From positions 1 through 64,000 of IMG/VR virus record IMGVR_UViG_3300009184_000029: 64,000 bases of DNA. One strand, 5' to 3'. The translations under genes were made by a program, and so were the position numbers. The notes below the pieces were generated by a model, which was given only the letters and a program-made list of their open reading frames with translations, was not told where the DNA came from and ran no database searches. Shown piece after piece: positions 26,785 to 35,675 of this stretch. Within the stretch, counting starts at the first letter, position 1, and each line of letters opens with the position of its first letter.

Positions 26785-27157
26785 CTTGTTTCCACACCAC
26801 ACTTTTGTATTTTACTTCATTACCTCTTGCTTCCACTTCGAAGGGTGAGTTGTGGTATCCATTTTTATTAACAGATGATGCGTAGTTTTTCTTCAATCCC
26901 TTTTGTATGTGATGGGTGTATTCATGGATGACGGTACGAATAAACTTATCAACATTAACACAGGTCGATGGGTTGATGATGATGGTGTAATCATAGTCGT
27001 ACTGACCATAACAATTTGTTAACCCATTTCTAATTTTTAACTTAGGGGTTGGTTTGTTCCCGTGACCTAATATTTCACGAGTCACCTTAATGGTTTCCAT
27101 CCCCAAGGTTCTTAGTTGTTTAACACTATATGTATTTAAGTTATCTTTGAGTTTCAT
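26765..27157 (-). CDS. SprT-like zinc metallopeptidase
   Basis: CYGQY...IIINP...TVIHEYTHHIQ HExxH; SPFEVEAR. Confidence 0.75.
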   Translation of the reverse strand: MKLKDNLNTYSVKQLRTLGMETIKVTREILGHGNKPTPKLKIRNGLTNCYGQYDYDYTIIINPSTCVNVDKFIRTVIHEYTHHIQKGLKKNYASSVNKNGYHNSPFEVEARGNEVKYKSVVWKQVKPLVS

Positions 27158-27158
27158 A

Positions 27159-27578
27159 TTAGTCGATATAATTAAAAGTTAATTTACCCATGAAGTCAGA
27201 GTTATGTCTTGGACATGCGATGCCGGCCATCTTGAAGAACAAGGGGATTTGAGTTTGGTTAATCATTCTGTCGAAGTAAACTGATGCTGCACGTTTTCTT
27301 CTTTTGTAGAAATCCATTTGGGTGCCTCTCCAAGAATATTTGCTTGGGATTTTATCTTCACTGAAGTGGAACCCTGTCTTCTTCATGGTCACCTCGATGT
27401 TTAACACACGGCTATACTTCTGCTCGTTCCAATTGTATTTGTCAGTCTCCCCAACTGATACAATACGAATTGACACCTCACCGAAGCCATGCCATTCTTC
27501 TTTCATGATTAGGGTACCTTTCTTCTTTAAGAACTTCTTAACTAAGTTGGTCGATAATTTATCTTGGGTGATTGTCAT
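27159..27578 (-). CDS. Hypothetical protein (MTITQDK...)
   Basis: Start reassigned downstream of TATATTTG box at 27604-27611. Confidence 0.6.
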   Translation of the reverse strand: MTITQDKLSTNLVKKFLKKKGTLIMKEEWHGFGEVSIRIVSVGETDKYNWNEQKYSRVLNIEVTMKKTGFHFSEDKIPSKYSWRGTQMDFYKRRKRAASVYFDRMINQTQIPLFFKMAGIACPRHNSDFMGKLTFNYID

Positions 27579-27603
27579 AGTGGTGTGGTGTTTAATTGTT
27601 TTA

Positions 27604-27611
27604 CAAATATA
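27604..27611 (-). promoter_or_regulatory. Bacteroidota -7 box TATATTTG
   Basis: Consensus match upstream of 27578. Confidence 0.6.
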
Positions 27612-27948
27612 CAACAATTTTCTTCCCCCACAAAGAAAACTTCCTTTTTTTTTAAAGGCAGGTTGGAGTACACACTCCAAGCATTGTTGGTGCCAGCCCT
27701 TTATCCCCTCATCGTTATAAGGTACGTTAGGGCTAAGTTAAAACAAAAATAATTAATAAAAAATTAGGATACTAACTTTCTTCGCCGTAACTTTGTGTTG
27801 ACGCTCTTCTTATAAAAAAAAATATATAAGGCACCATGCTAAGTTACGGCGGAAATATCAAACCCCCAAATAAAGTTATGAACAACAATCAAATTGTTTC
27901 CCTCATTAATAAGGGAAACATTTATTTGGTGGGGGAATAATGTTGCCG

Positions 27949-27956
27949 TATATTTG
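27949..27956 (+). promoter_or_regulatory. Bacteroidota -7 box TATATTTG
   Basis: 4 nt before ATG 27961. Confidence 0.65.
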
Positions 27957-27960
27957 TGGT

Positions 27961-28239
27961 ATGAATAAAACATTCGACGACTTAGTATTTGTCCCCCATT
28001 TTAATAATATGGGTGGAGTACAATGTAAGATTGATACTGACAACGGTTACACCATTAGTATCGTTGGTGGTCCCTCACTATATGGTGATGGTGTTAATAC
28101 ATTCGAGGTGGCAGTTTGGAAGAGTGATGGTGACATGGGTTGGGTTAGACTATCCCCTAACGATGATGTATTAGGATACAGAAGTAAAGATGAGGTCCTA
28201 CAGATTATATCTGACATAGAGTCGGGGGTATATACATAA
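27961..28239 (+). CDS. Conserved hypothetical phage protein
   Basis: NGYTISIV...LYGDG..TFEVAV...DDVLGY motifs; start after promoter. Confidence 0.7.
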   Translation: MNKTFDDLVFVPHFNNMGGVQCKIDTDNGYTISIVGGPSLYGDGVNTFEVAVWKSDGDMGWVRLSPNDDVLGYRSKDEVLQIISDIESGVYT

Positions 28240-28255
28240 ACTTATTAACACGTAG

Positions 28256-28420
28256 GGTGGGGGGACTGTGGATATCTTTATCCCCATACGGTAGGTAGTG
28301 GCACACCCCCATATAATACCGTAGACCCCCCACCCCTGACATATGGTCATACCATACCCCCTCCCCCTGGGGTATCCCCCCCTTATATGACATATTTTCC
28401 GATTTTAGGGGGGTTAATCC
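28256..28420. other. Non-coding C-tract/G-tract cluster
   Basis: Numerous runs of 4-7 C on the plus strand with flanking G runs, unlike the rest of the window. Confidence 0.7.
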
Positions 28421-28536
28421 CGTGAATAAAATTTTATGGAATTTTTTTCTATAATGGGACCCCCTCTTTTAAAAAGGTGGGTAAAGTAAAAAATAAATTT
28501 TTGGAAAATTTTTGTATTTATTATTAAATTAGTAAT

Positions 28537-28863
28537 ATGAAAAAAGTTGTAAGATTAACTGAAAGAGATTTAATAAGACTTGTGGAAAATGTGGGTTCAG
28601 TCTATCTTAATAGGAGAACCAAATATATAGATGAAATTCTTGATGAGGTAATATCTGAAATAACTAATGGTGAATTTCATTTTGAGGATTATGATGATTA
28701 TAAGTCGGAGGTTATTTGGACAACTTTGTCTACGATGGAGTATGACGAGGGACGTGATTTACCAAAAGAATATATTGAGGATTATTTTTCATTTATGGAG
28801 AGACCTGAGTTTATTGATAAAATTAAGAGGGGATATTCTATGTTTAAGAAGAGTAGAAAATAA
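28537..28863 (+). CDS. Leader-bearing protein (MKKVVRLTERDL)
   Basis: Leader class C; GTATTTATT upstream. Confidence 0.7.
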   Translation: MKKVVRLTERDLIRLVENVGSVYLNRRTKYIDEILDEVISEITNGEFHFEDYDDYKSEVIWTTLSTMEYDEGRDLPKEYIEDYFSFMERPEFIDKIKRGYSMFKKSRK

Positions 28864-28883
28864 AATTGTATATATTTTTTATT

Positions 28884-28912
28884 AACCCTTTGGATTTTTC
28901 CAAGGGGTTTTT
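28884..28912 (+). terminator. Rho-independent terminator
   Basis: AACCCTTTGGA-TTTT-TCCAAGGGGTTTTTT. Confidence 0.75.
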
Positions 28913-28924
28913 TATTTTTGTATT

Positions 28925-29185
28925 ATGGAAGATAAGGAAAGAATACAGGAATTGGAGGGTACCATCTTTAACTTGGAGTCTGAGTTAAGGGAGAGTATTG
29001 ATAGGGAAAGAATATATAGGGATATATTATCTGAGATTAATGATTCTATTGATAATCTATTCCAACGGGAGCAGGAGAATGAGAGGTTTAGGTTTGACGA
29101 GAAGATTGATTTTAGACAGTATGTTATCAATGTGAAAAAGGATTTGAATGAGTATAGGAGATTATATAGGAATATTAATTTTTGA
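28925..29185 (+). CDS. Hypothetical coiled-coil protein
   Basis: ORF; TATTTTTG box upstream. Confidence 0.6.
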   Translation: MEDKERIQELEGTIFNLESELRESIDRERIYRDILSEINDSIDNLFQREQENERFRFDEKIDFRQYVINVKKDLNEYRRLYRNINF

Positions 29186-29187
29186 GA

Positions 29188-29316
29188 ACATGGCCCTCAT
29201 TATAAAATGTTCCCTATATGAGACGTGGGTAATTATTACCCTTATTAATTAAACGTGGGTGTTTATTACCTTCGTTCCTGAAACATGACCCCTCATTATA
29301 AAATGTTCTCTATATG
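29188..29316. repeat. Nested direct repeats (A-B-B-A)
   Basis: A: ACATG..CCCTCATTATAAAATGTTC(C/T)CTATATG at 29188 and 29283; B: ACGTGGGT..TTATTACC at 29223 and 29253. Confidence 0.75.
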
Positions 29317-29384
29317 TAAAAAAAAATTTTTGGAAATTTTTTGATAATATCCAACTATATGGTTATCTTTTTAAAAAAATATAT

Positions 29385-29891
29385 ATGGAACCTGAAGAAG
29401 ACATAATGAATATTTTAGGAGATAATGTTTTGTTAATATCGGATAATACTGCTATAACCAACTCCACCTATCGTTTAGAAAGAGGAGGACTTACAGTTAA
29501 TCCGTATATTAATAATGATTATCATATTCACCGTACTCATTCGGACATCCCCAATAAGGATGGTGAAATGGTTTTTCCTGAGTTATTGTTGAATTTAGTT
29601 AAGAAGAACAACTCAGGTATTCGTTCAATCTTGGTTGATAGTTATAGGAACGTTGCAAGATTTAGTCTTACGGATTTTGATACTGTTCCTGATTATCTTG
29701 TTTTTTTGGAGGTTAAGTATAATTGGGATTCTAATAATGTACTATCCCCCGAGAAGTTAACAGAATATATTAATACATCATTCTCTATGATGTATACTGA
29801 TATTAATTTCGTTAAGTTTCAGGTTAAAAAAATCAATATTGAAAAACGTAATTATGAGAAGGAGTTCTTTAATATGTTTATGAAAAAATAA
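29385..29891 (+). CDS. Hypothetical protein
   Basis: 168-aa ORF. Confidence 0.6.
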   Translation: MEPEEDIMNILGDNVLLISDNTAITNSTYRLERGGLTVNPYINNDYHIHRTHSDIPNKDGEMVFPELLLNLVKKNNSGIRSILVDSYRNVARFSLTDFDTVPDYLVFLEVKYNWDSNNVLSPEKLTEYINTSFSMMYTDINFVKFQVKKINIEKRNYEKEFFNMFMKK

Positions 29892-29934
29892 TTTTTTTTC
29901 CGTTGTTCCAATCCCCCCTACCCCCTTTTTTTTT
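29892..29934 (+). repeat. Intergenic motif copy 1 (T-run CGTTGTTCCAATCCCCCCTACCCCC T-run)
   Basis: Near-identical copy at 31026-31067. Confidence 0.7.
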
Positions 29935-29957
29935 CTGATGTATTTAAAGATAAAATC

Positions 29958-30662
29958 TTGATTCCAAAAAAAATATATCAAACCAATAAATTACCTCAAC
30001 CTGATTTTGCGGTTGAGAATATTAAAAATTTAAACTTGGAATATGAATATCAATTTTTCAATGACGATGATTGTGTTCAATTTATACAAAATTTTTTTGG
30101 TAATGATGTTTTAAATGTTTATCATAATATTAGGACATTGCAACACCGGGCAGATTTATTCAGGTATTGTCTTCTTTATGAATATGGTGGAGTTTATGTG
30201 GACATTGACATACAGTTATTATTTCCAATAGATGATATAATAGAGTTGTCCGAAAACTCCAAATTAATTTCCGTTAAATCGATGATTAAAGAAAATGGTA
30301 TCTACCAAGGATTTTTAATTTCCGAACCAAAAAATAAAATATTTTTAACATTGATTGAAGATATGTTAAAAACCCCGAACCCACAAGATTATCTATATCA
30401 TATAAAATTCTTTGCTGAACAACTTTTAAAAAAATCAAAACTTAATGAACTTATATTAAATGAAAAAGTGCAAATGGATGATGGAGACAATTATTTTTTA
30501 TTTAAAGAGATTACCAATGCGCAATCAAAATATGAAATTGTGGATAAAAACAACCAATTGATTTTTTGTGGGAACTCTCACGGGTATCCATATGAAGGTT
30601 ATACAAAATGTTGCCAATCCAATTTCGTTTCTAAGAAATTTTCAAAAAATTATTTTAAATAA
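29958..30662 (+). CDS. Glycosyltransferase family 32 (DxD sugar-binding, OCH1-like)
   Basis: IPKKIYQT, RADLFRYCLLYEYGGVYVDID. Confidence 0.88.
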   Translation: MIPKKIYQTNKLPQPDFAVENIKNLNLEYEYQFFNDDDCVQFIQNFFGNDVLNVYHNIRTLQHRADLFRYCLLYEYGGVYVDIDIQLLFPIDDIIELSENSKLISVKSMIKENGIYQGFLISEPKNKIFLTLIEDMLKTPNPQDYLYHIKFFAEQLLKKSKLNELILNEKVQMDDGDNYFLFKEITNAQSKYEIVDKNNQLIFCGNSHGYPYEGYTKCCQSNFVSKKFSKNYFK

Positions 30663-30702
30663 CATTTAACCCCCTTTTTATTTTTAACGTATTTATTGTA
30701 GT

Positions 30703-31014
30703 ATGAAATATATTATCACCGAGTCTCAGAATTTACAAATGAGGAAAGTTAATTTCTTGAAGAACTATATTCAGAACTTATTATCTAAGTACAAATGGTT
30801 TAAAGGTGATGTTAAGATAGATGTAACGACTTGGGATGCATCAAATAAGACATATCCTTTATATAATATTATACTAAATACAGGTGGTCGTAGTTATCAT
30901 GCTTATGATGAGGGTTTAGATATTGAGAATAATATTAATACCATGTTTGGTTTATTATTTCCTAAAGATGAAAACGGAGATTCTAGTGCGGTATGGGATG
31001 TTCTTTTTGTATAA
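30703..31014 (+). CDS. Leader-bearing protein (MKYIITESQ)
   Basis: Leader A; GTATTTATT upstream. Confidence 0.7.
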   Translation: MKYIITESQNLQMRKVNFLKNYIQNLLSKYKWFKGDVKIDVTTWDASNKTYPLYNIILNTGGRSYHAYDEGLDIENNINTMFGLLFPKDENGDSSAVWDVLFV

Positions 31015-31025
31015 AATAAAAAATA

Positions 31026-31067
31026 TTTTTTTTCGTCGTCCAATTCCCCCCTACCCCCTTTTTTTTT
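31026..31067 (+). repeat. Intergenic motif copy 2
   Basis: T-run CGTCGTCCAATTCCCCCCTACCCC T-run. Confidence 0.7.
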
Positions 31068-31089
31068 ATTTTATGATATATTTATTATT

Positions 31090-31449
31090 ATGAGAAAAGT
31101 TGTAAGATTAACGGAATCAGATTTGATTAGACTTATTAAAAAAGTTGTTAACGAATCTAAGTATGCCTCTTTTGGTAACTTTAAAAGAAAGGACCGTATG
31201 GGTGACCAATGGTTGGACGATAGAGACAGAATCGTTAGAAAGAGTGAAGAACTTTATGGAATTGGTGACGATGACGAGTTTGACACAGAAGAATTTGATG
31301 ATTTTGAATCGTATATAGAAAAATATCCTGAGGAAGATGAAAATTCTCCAAAATGGTTTAAAGGAAAAACAGGTAAAAAAATGTTTGACACTTATAGAGA
31401 AAGAACAGGAAGACCTTTTAAAATTAAAACAAGAAAAGAAAGAGATTAA
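31090..31449 (+). CDS. Leader-bearing protein (MRKVVRLTESDL)
   Basis: Leader C followed by VVNES. Confidence 0.7.
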   Translation: MRKVVRLTESDLIRLIKKVVNESKYASFGNFKRKDRMGDQWLDDRDRIVRKSEELYGIGDDDEFDTEEFDDFESYIEKYPEEDENSPKWFKGKTGKKMFDTYRERTGRPFKIKTRKERD

Positions 31450-31450
31450 T

Positions 31451-31957
31451 ATGAAAAAAGTTGTAAGATTAACTGAAAGAGATTTAATGAAAATTGTTAA
31501 AAGGGTCATTAACGAAAACGACGATATGATGGATAGTGATGACTACCAACCTCAATATGACAGAGATATGGAATCAGGTAAAGATACGATTCGTATTCCA
31601 ATGGAATATAGTGGAGTTAGAATGGAACTTGGAAGTCGTCCAACACCTGAAGATATTATATCTGCTTATAATGATACAGTTGAGGAAGGGATACCTCTTG
31701 TTAGTTATTCTGATGGTGTATTTTATAATGAGGATGATAATGAGCTTCCTGTTGATTCAGTACTTGATGAATTGAATTATGCGATTGTTGGTGAAGAGGA
31801 AATTGATTATGACGATGAGGAATATGAAGATGACATGCCGTCATACAAAACTAAATGGAGAATGCCATCTGATGATGATAATAATAATCGTCAAAGCTTT
31901 AAGGAAACCGGCAGACACCTTGGTTGGTTTAATCCCAAACGTTGGAATGATATGTAA
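31451..31957 (+). CDS. Leader-bearing acidic protein (MKKVVRLTERDL)
   Basis: Start reassigned; leader C followed by VINE. Confidence 0.7.
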   Translation: MKKVVRLTERDLMKIVKRVINENDDMMDSDDYQPQYDRDMESGKDTIRIPMEYSGVRMELGSRPTPEDIISAYNDTVEEGIPLVSYSDGVFYNEDDNELPVDSVLDELNYAIVGEEEIDYDDEEYEDDMPSYKTKWRMPSDDDNNNRQSFKETGRHLGWFNPKRWNDM

Positions 31958-32004
31958 AACATATTAAATTATACAACCCCTCCAATAACAGTATTATTGG
32001 ACTG

Positions 32005-32030
32005 ACCCCTTGGATTTCCCAAGGGGTTTC
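32005..32030 (+). terminator. Rho-independent terminator
   Basis: ACCCCTTGG-ATTTC-CCAAGGGGTTTC; same family as 28884. Confidence 0.7.
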
Positions 32031-32053
32031 TTGTTTTTATGGACAACTTTATA

Positions 32054-32061
32054 TATCTTTG
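32054..32061 (+). promoter_or_regulatory. Bacteroidota -7 box TATCTTTG
   Basis: Upstream of ATG 32088; a second TATCTTTG at 32297-32304 precedes 32309. Confidence 0.6.
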
Positions 32062-32087
32062 TAAGGTTATATAAAAAAACACACATT

Positions 32088-32291
32088 ATGAAAAAAGTAT
32101 TATTTTATTTCTTCATTTTTATTCTCTTCATTTTATCAGGTGTTTACTTGTCATCATGTAATACACAGAAGGGGTATAATTATTCTCAACACCAAAAGAA
32201 GTCTCAACAGATGCATAGACAGACACAGAGGGTTAACAAACATAGTCACGACCAACTTAATCATAAGTGTTCACCAAAGAAACGTAGATAA
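32088..32291 (+). CDS. Small predicted lipoprotein
   Basis: MKK + hydrophobic stretch + LSSC lipobox; basic His/Gln-rich body. Confidence 0.65.
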   Translation: MKKVLFYFFIFILFILSGVYLSSCNTQKGYNYSQHQKKSQQMHRQTQRVNKHSHDQLNHKCSPKKRR

Positions 32292-32308
32292 GATAGTATC
32301 TTTGTTAA

Positions 32309-32641
32309 ATGGTTAATAAGGTTATTGATTTATATGTAAAAAATTTCTTGGTCTATCATTATGATGGATGGTATTGGATTATTAATCCAAATACTAAAGA
32401 ATGGGTTGTTAACGTTGCTGATAGTGGTTATACTTTTTTTAGTAGGGATTTTTGGACAACGTTTTCTAAGTTCTACCCATCAAAGGATTTAACTAAAGAT
32501 ATTCATAATTGGGTTAGTTATAAATTGGGAGTCCCTATTGGAAAACATTGTCATCCTGATTATGTTCCTCATGAATATAATTGGAAGGATGAGTTTGACG
32601 AAAGTGTGATTGATGAAGTGATTAATAATGGGGTTAAATAA
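32309..32641 (+). CDS. Distant paralogue-family protein
   Basis: YWIINP...SGYTFFSRDFW..FSKF...IHNWV resembles the N-domain of 25230. Confidence 0.55.
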   Translation: MVNKVIDLYVKNFLVYHYDGWYWIINPNTKEWVVNVADSGYTFFSRDFWTTFSKFYPSKDLTKDIHNWVSYKLGVPIGKHCHPDYVPHEYNWKDEFDESVIDEVINNGVK

Positions 32642-32686
32642 AAATTTTTTTATTTTATAATATATTTATATATAAATTAAAATATT

Positions 32687-33112
32687 ATGAAAAAAGTTGT
32701 TAGACTAACAGAATCGGATTTAATTAAATTGGTTAAAAGAGTTATTAGAGAAGAAGAGGGTGCAAATGACCCAGGTGACCCATCCTACAGCCGTTTGGCT
32801 GAAGAACTTTCAAATAAGGTAAGAAATTTATTTTTACCAACCTCTAAATTTTGGGCAGATTATCAAGGAACTATCAATGATGATGAGGAAGGGGCTGTAG
32901 CAGCTTTTGAGTCTTGGTGGAATACAAATGTAGCACCTCATATGAGTAAATTTAGTGGAGATAATGCTAAAAGTTTGGATACGGCATTTAAACAAATTAA
33001 AGAGGCTCTTTTAGGTGATACGTCAAATGATACAGTTAGTTGGGTTATTTATGTCAAAACTATGGATGGTAGGATAGACCAACGTCATTTTGAGGTTGAT
33101 ACCGACTTCTAA
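32687..33112 (+). CDS. Leader-bearing protein (MKKVVRLTESDL...VIREEE)
   Basis: Leader C. Confidence 0.7.
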   Translation: MKKVVRLTESDLIKLVKRVIREEEGANDPGDPSYSRLAEELSNKVRNLFLPTSKFWADYQGTINDDEEGAVAAFESWWNTNVAPHMSKFSGDNAKSLDTAFKQIKEALLGDTSNDTVSWVIYVKTMDGRIDQRHFEVDTDF

Positions 33113-33128
33113 TTAAAGAAATAATATT

Positions 33129-33157
33129 AAACCCCATTCTTATGAATGGGGTTTTTT
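33129..33157 (+). terminator. Rho-independent terminator
   Basis: AAACCCCATTC-TTAT-GAATGGGGTTTTTT. Confidence 0.85.
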
Positions 33158-33181
33158 ATTTGGTAAGGTATTTATTATAAT

Positions 33182-33580
33182 ATGAAGTATAAAGTAACAA
33201 AAGAACAATATACTAGTTTTGTTAATAGTTTGATTAAGGTTTTTTTCGGTAATGTTAGAACTGCTAAAAGCCGTACATTTGATAGAATGGAATTGCTCAT
33301 TGATGATGAAGAAATTGGGTGGGTTGCTTCTGGTATAAATCCTGATTTATCCGATAATTGTAAATTTGAACTTATTATTTATACTGACACTCTTAACAAA
33401 ATTAAAAATTTTGCTCCTTTATTTAGAAAAAAGTTATTTGCGAAATTGATGATTGCCCATTTCTCAAAATTATTGAATATGAATATCGATTGTTTTTGGA
33501 TTGATGAAGGTCCGGGATACGGTGAAGAGGAAATATTTACTCACAGAATTAAAAATAAGAAAAAGAAAAAAAAGAAATAA
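33182..33580 (+). CDS. Leader-variant protein (MKYKVTKEQ) with poly-Lys tail
   Basis: GGTATTTATT box; leader A variant. Confidence 0.6.
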   Translation: MKYKVTKEQYTSFVNSLIKVFFGNVRTAKSRTFDRMELLIDDEEIGWVASGINPDLSDNCKFELIIYTDTLNKIKNFAPLFRKKLFAKLMIAHFSKLLNMNIDCFWIDEGPGYGEEEIFTHRIKNKKKKKKK

Positions 33581-33604
33581 TTTTATTGATTGGGATTTTT
33601 GTTA

Positions 33605-33612
33605 TATATTTG
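33605..33612 (+). promoter_or_regulatory. Bacteroidota -7 box TATATTTG
   Basis: 4 nt before ATG 33617. Confidence 0.65.
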
Positions 33613-33616
33613 TCCT

Positions 33617-34114
33617 ATGAATTTATCTGACTACACTTTTGACCAACTCATTGAATTAAAAAATGAAGTTAATTCCCTAATCAATTCTTTTGAGGATGGA
33701 TATTTTTATATCTGTGATGTTCGCTCTTATGGTAGACAATGGAAAGAGAATCATGTAAACCCACATACACTTCAGGAACTATGTTATCAATATTATGGTG
33801 ATGAGGGTATTGTGGATGTATATACAAACAATCCTAATTTGAATATTGATAACTATGGTGGGGTAAATTACTTTAAATCGGAAGAAGATTACAACGCATG
33901 GAAAGAATGGAATTATTTGACAAAAAGAATTCCTATTATGGAACAGGAGCTTGATGAGTGGGATAACCGAGACAATGTTTCATTCAACCGACGACCAATT
34001 TTTACACCTTATTTTACTCGTGAAACAGTTGATGAGTATAAAAAACAACTCGCGGAGTATAATATGAATTTTGACAAACCTGTCCCTCTTGATTATAAGT
34101 ACAATGAGGAGTAA
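33617..34114 (+). CDS. Hypothetical protein
   Basis: Start reassigned after promoter. Confidence 0.65.
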   Translation: MNLSDYTFDQLIELKNEVNSLINSFEDGYFYICDVRSYGRQWKENHVNPHTLQELCYQYYGDEGIVDVYTNNPNLNIDNYGGVNYFKSEEDYNAWKEWNYLTKRIPIMEQELDEWDNRDNVSFNRRPIFTPYFTRETVDEYKKQLAEYNMNFDKPVPLDYKYNEE

Positions 34115-34122
34115 TCTATCTT

Positions 34123-34147
34123 AAACCACTGTTAATAGGTGGTTTTT
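34123..34147 (+). terminator. Rho-independent terminator
   Basis: AAACCAC...GTGGTTTTT. Confidence 0.65.
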
Positions 34148-34169
34148 GTTTTTAGAGGTATTTATTTAT

Positions 34170-34457
34170 ATGAAAGTCATAATTACAGAATCTCAGGTTG
34201 AAAAAGTAATCAATGTTTTTTCTAAGTTTTTGAATAAAGATTCACGTAAAGGTGTATGTAATGTCACGATTGATTATGACGATATGATGGATAGGTTTGT
34301 TTTAAATATTTTTTTTGATAGAATGTATTTGGTCAATTTAGATAGTGGTGGTAAACAAACAAATTTTATAGTTAAAGTTGTGAATGAGTATGGTAACTTG
34401 TTTAGAAGTTTATCAAGTAGAAATCCATTAATTTATCAACACTACGATGATTGTTAA
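34170..34457 (+). CDS. Leader-bearing protein (MKVIITESQ)
   Basis: Start reassigned; GGTATTTATT upstream. Confidence 0.7.
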   Translation: MKVIITESQVEKVINVFSKFLNKDSRKGVCNVTIDYDDMMDRFVLNIFFDRMYLVNLDSGGKQTNFIVKVVNEYGNLFRSLSSRNPLIYQHYDDC

Positions 34458-34462
34458 TTTAT

Positions 34463-35176
34463 ATGGATAAAAGAGCTGAACTATTATTTAAATTATTTGA
34501 AAAATCTTTAAGTGGTGGAATCGATGTTTACGGTATCACAGTATTACCGTCAGGTAAGTATACTGATGAATCTATATTAGATGGTATGTACAAAGTACCA
34601 TTACTTAAAATTAAAAATCCAGATAATTTACCATTTTCATATTATTCATTACATGATTTAATATATACCATGTTTAGTGAGTCTTCTTTAATTAAAGCTG
34701 TCGGTTTACCTAATGGTTATATATTACATAAAGCGATTAATAAATTTATAAAATTTGATAATTTTAATTTTCGTGATTTCCACATCCCCGATGAAATATA
34801 TAAAAAGTTATTAAACTGTTTAAATACTGACTCGGTTGAGATAAAATTTAGGGACGGGTCCAATACCATATTTACAATAAAGTGTAAATATTTTATTGAT
34901 AATGATTTTGATATGTACTGGGATTCTGATGAAGAATTTAAAATTGATATATCAATTAAAGTTGAAAGTCTATGGGTTGAGAAACTTGAAGAAAATGAAT
35001 ATTATTTTGAAACTGATGAGGAAGAGATTATGGCTACAGTTTACGAAATATATGGTGACGAACCTTATCTTTTTGAACAACCTATATGGGGTTGTATTAG
35101 TCAACGTTTAACTGATTATATCACGTTTTTAAATACTGAATGGCAATCTGTTTCAGTTAATATATATGTTAAGTAA
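34463..35176 (+). CDS. Hypothetical protein
   Basis: ORF; NPDNLPFSY motif. Confidence 0.6.
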   Translation: MDKRAELLFKLFEKSLSGGIDVYGITVLPSGKYTDESILDGMYKVPLLKIKNPDNLPFSYYSLHDLIYTMFSESSLIKAVGLPNGYILHKAINKFIKFDNFNFRDFHIPDEIYKKLLNCLNTDSVEIKFRDGSNTIFTIKCKYFIDNDFDMYWDSDEEFKIDISIKVESLWVEKLEENEYYFETDEEEIMATVYEIYGDEPYLFEQPIWGCISQRLTDYITFLNTEWQSVSVNIYVK

Positions 35177-35188
35177 GTATTTATATAT

Positions 35189-35668
35189 ATGGAAAAATCT
35201 GTATTAGAAAATTTAAACGATAAAATTATTTTTTTCTTTATAAAGAAAATTGAAGAAAAGTGTGATATCTCTTTGGACGATTCTGATTTTATTGAATCAT
35301 GTGATGATGTTAATAATGCAATGCGTTTAACTAAATCTTTAGATTATATTGATTACGATTTTATTGCTGAAATTTATAATTTAAATAAGGAAAAGTTTTC
35401 TGAGAAAAATCTTACACCTCCTTTGAATAGACCAACATGTCACGAATATTCATTTGGAATGTATGAAACAAGAATTGAAACAGTTAATAGTGAATATACT
35501 GGAACTATGAGCTCATATTCAGAAAAAAATCTGAGAGAAATTATAGATATCTCCAACAGTAACGGAGATTTGTATTATTGGGATTATCCCGAAACTCATA
35601 GAGAATACTTAGATGGTGAAACCACTGACAGTGGTTTTATTGCCAAATCAATAACAAAAATTAAATAA
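35189..35668 (+). CDS. Hypothetical protein
   Basis: TATTTATA at 35178-35185. Confidence 0.6.
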   Translation: MEKSVLENLNDKIIFFFIKKIEEKCDISLDDSDFIESCDDVNNAMRLTKSLDYIDYDFIAEIYNLNKEKFSEKNLTPPLNRPTCHEYSFGMYETRIETVNSEYTGTMSSYSEKNLREIIDISNSNGDLYYWDYPETHREYLDGETTDSGFIAKSITKIK

Positions 35669-35675
35669 TATAGAT

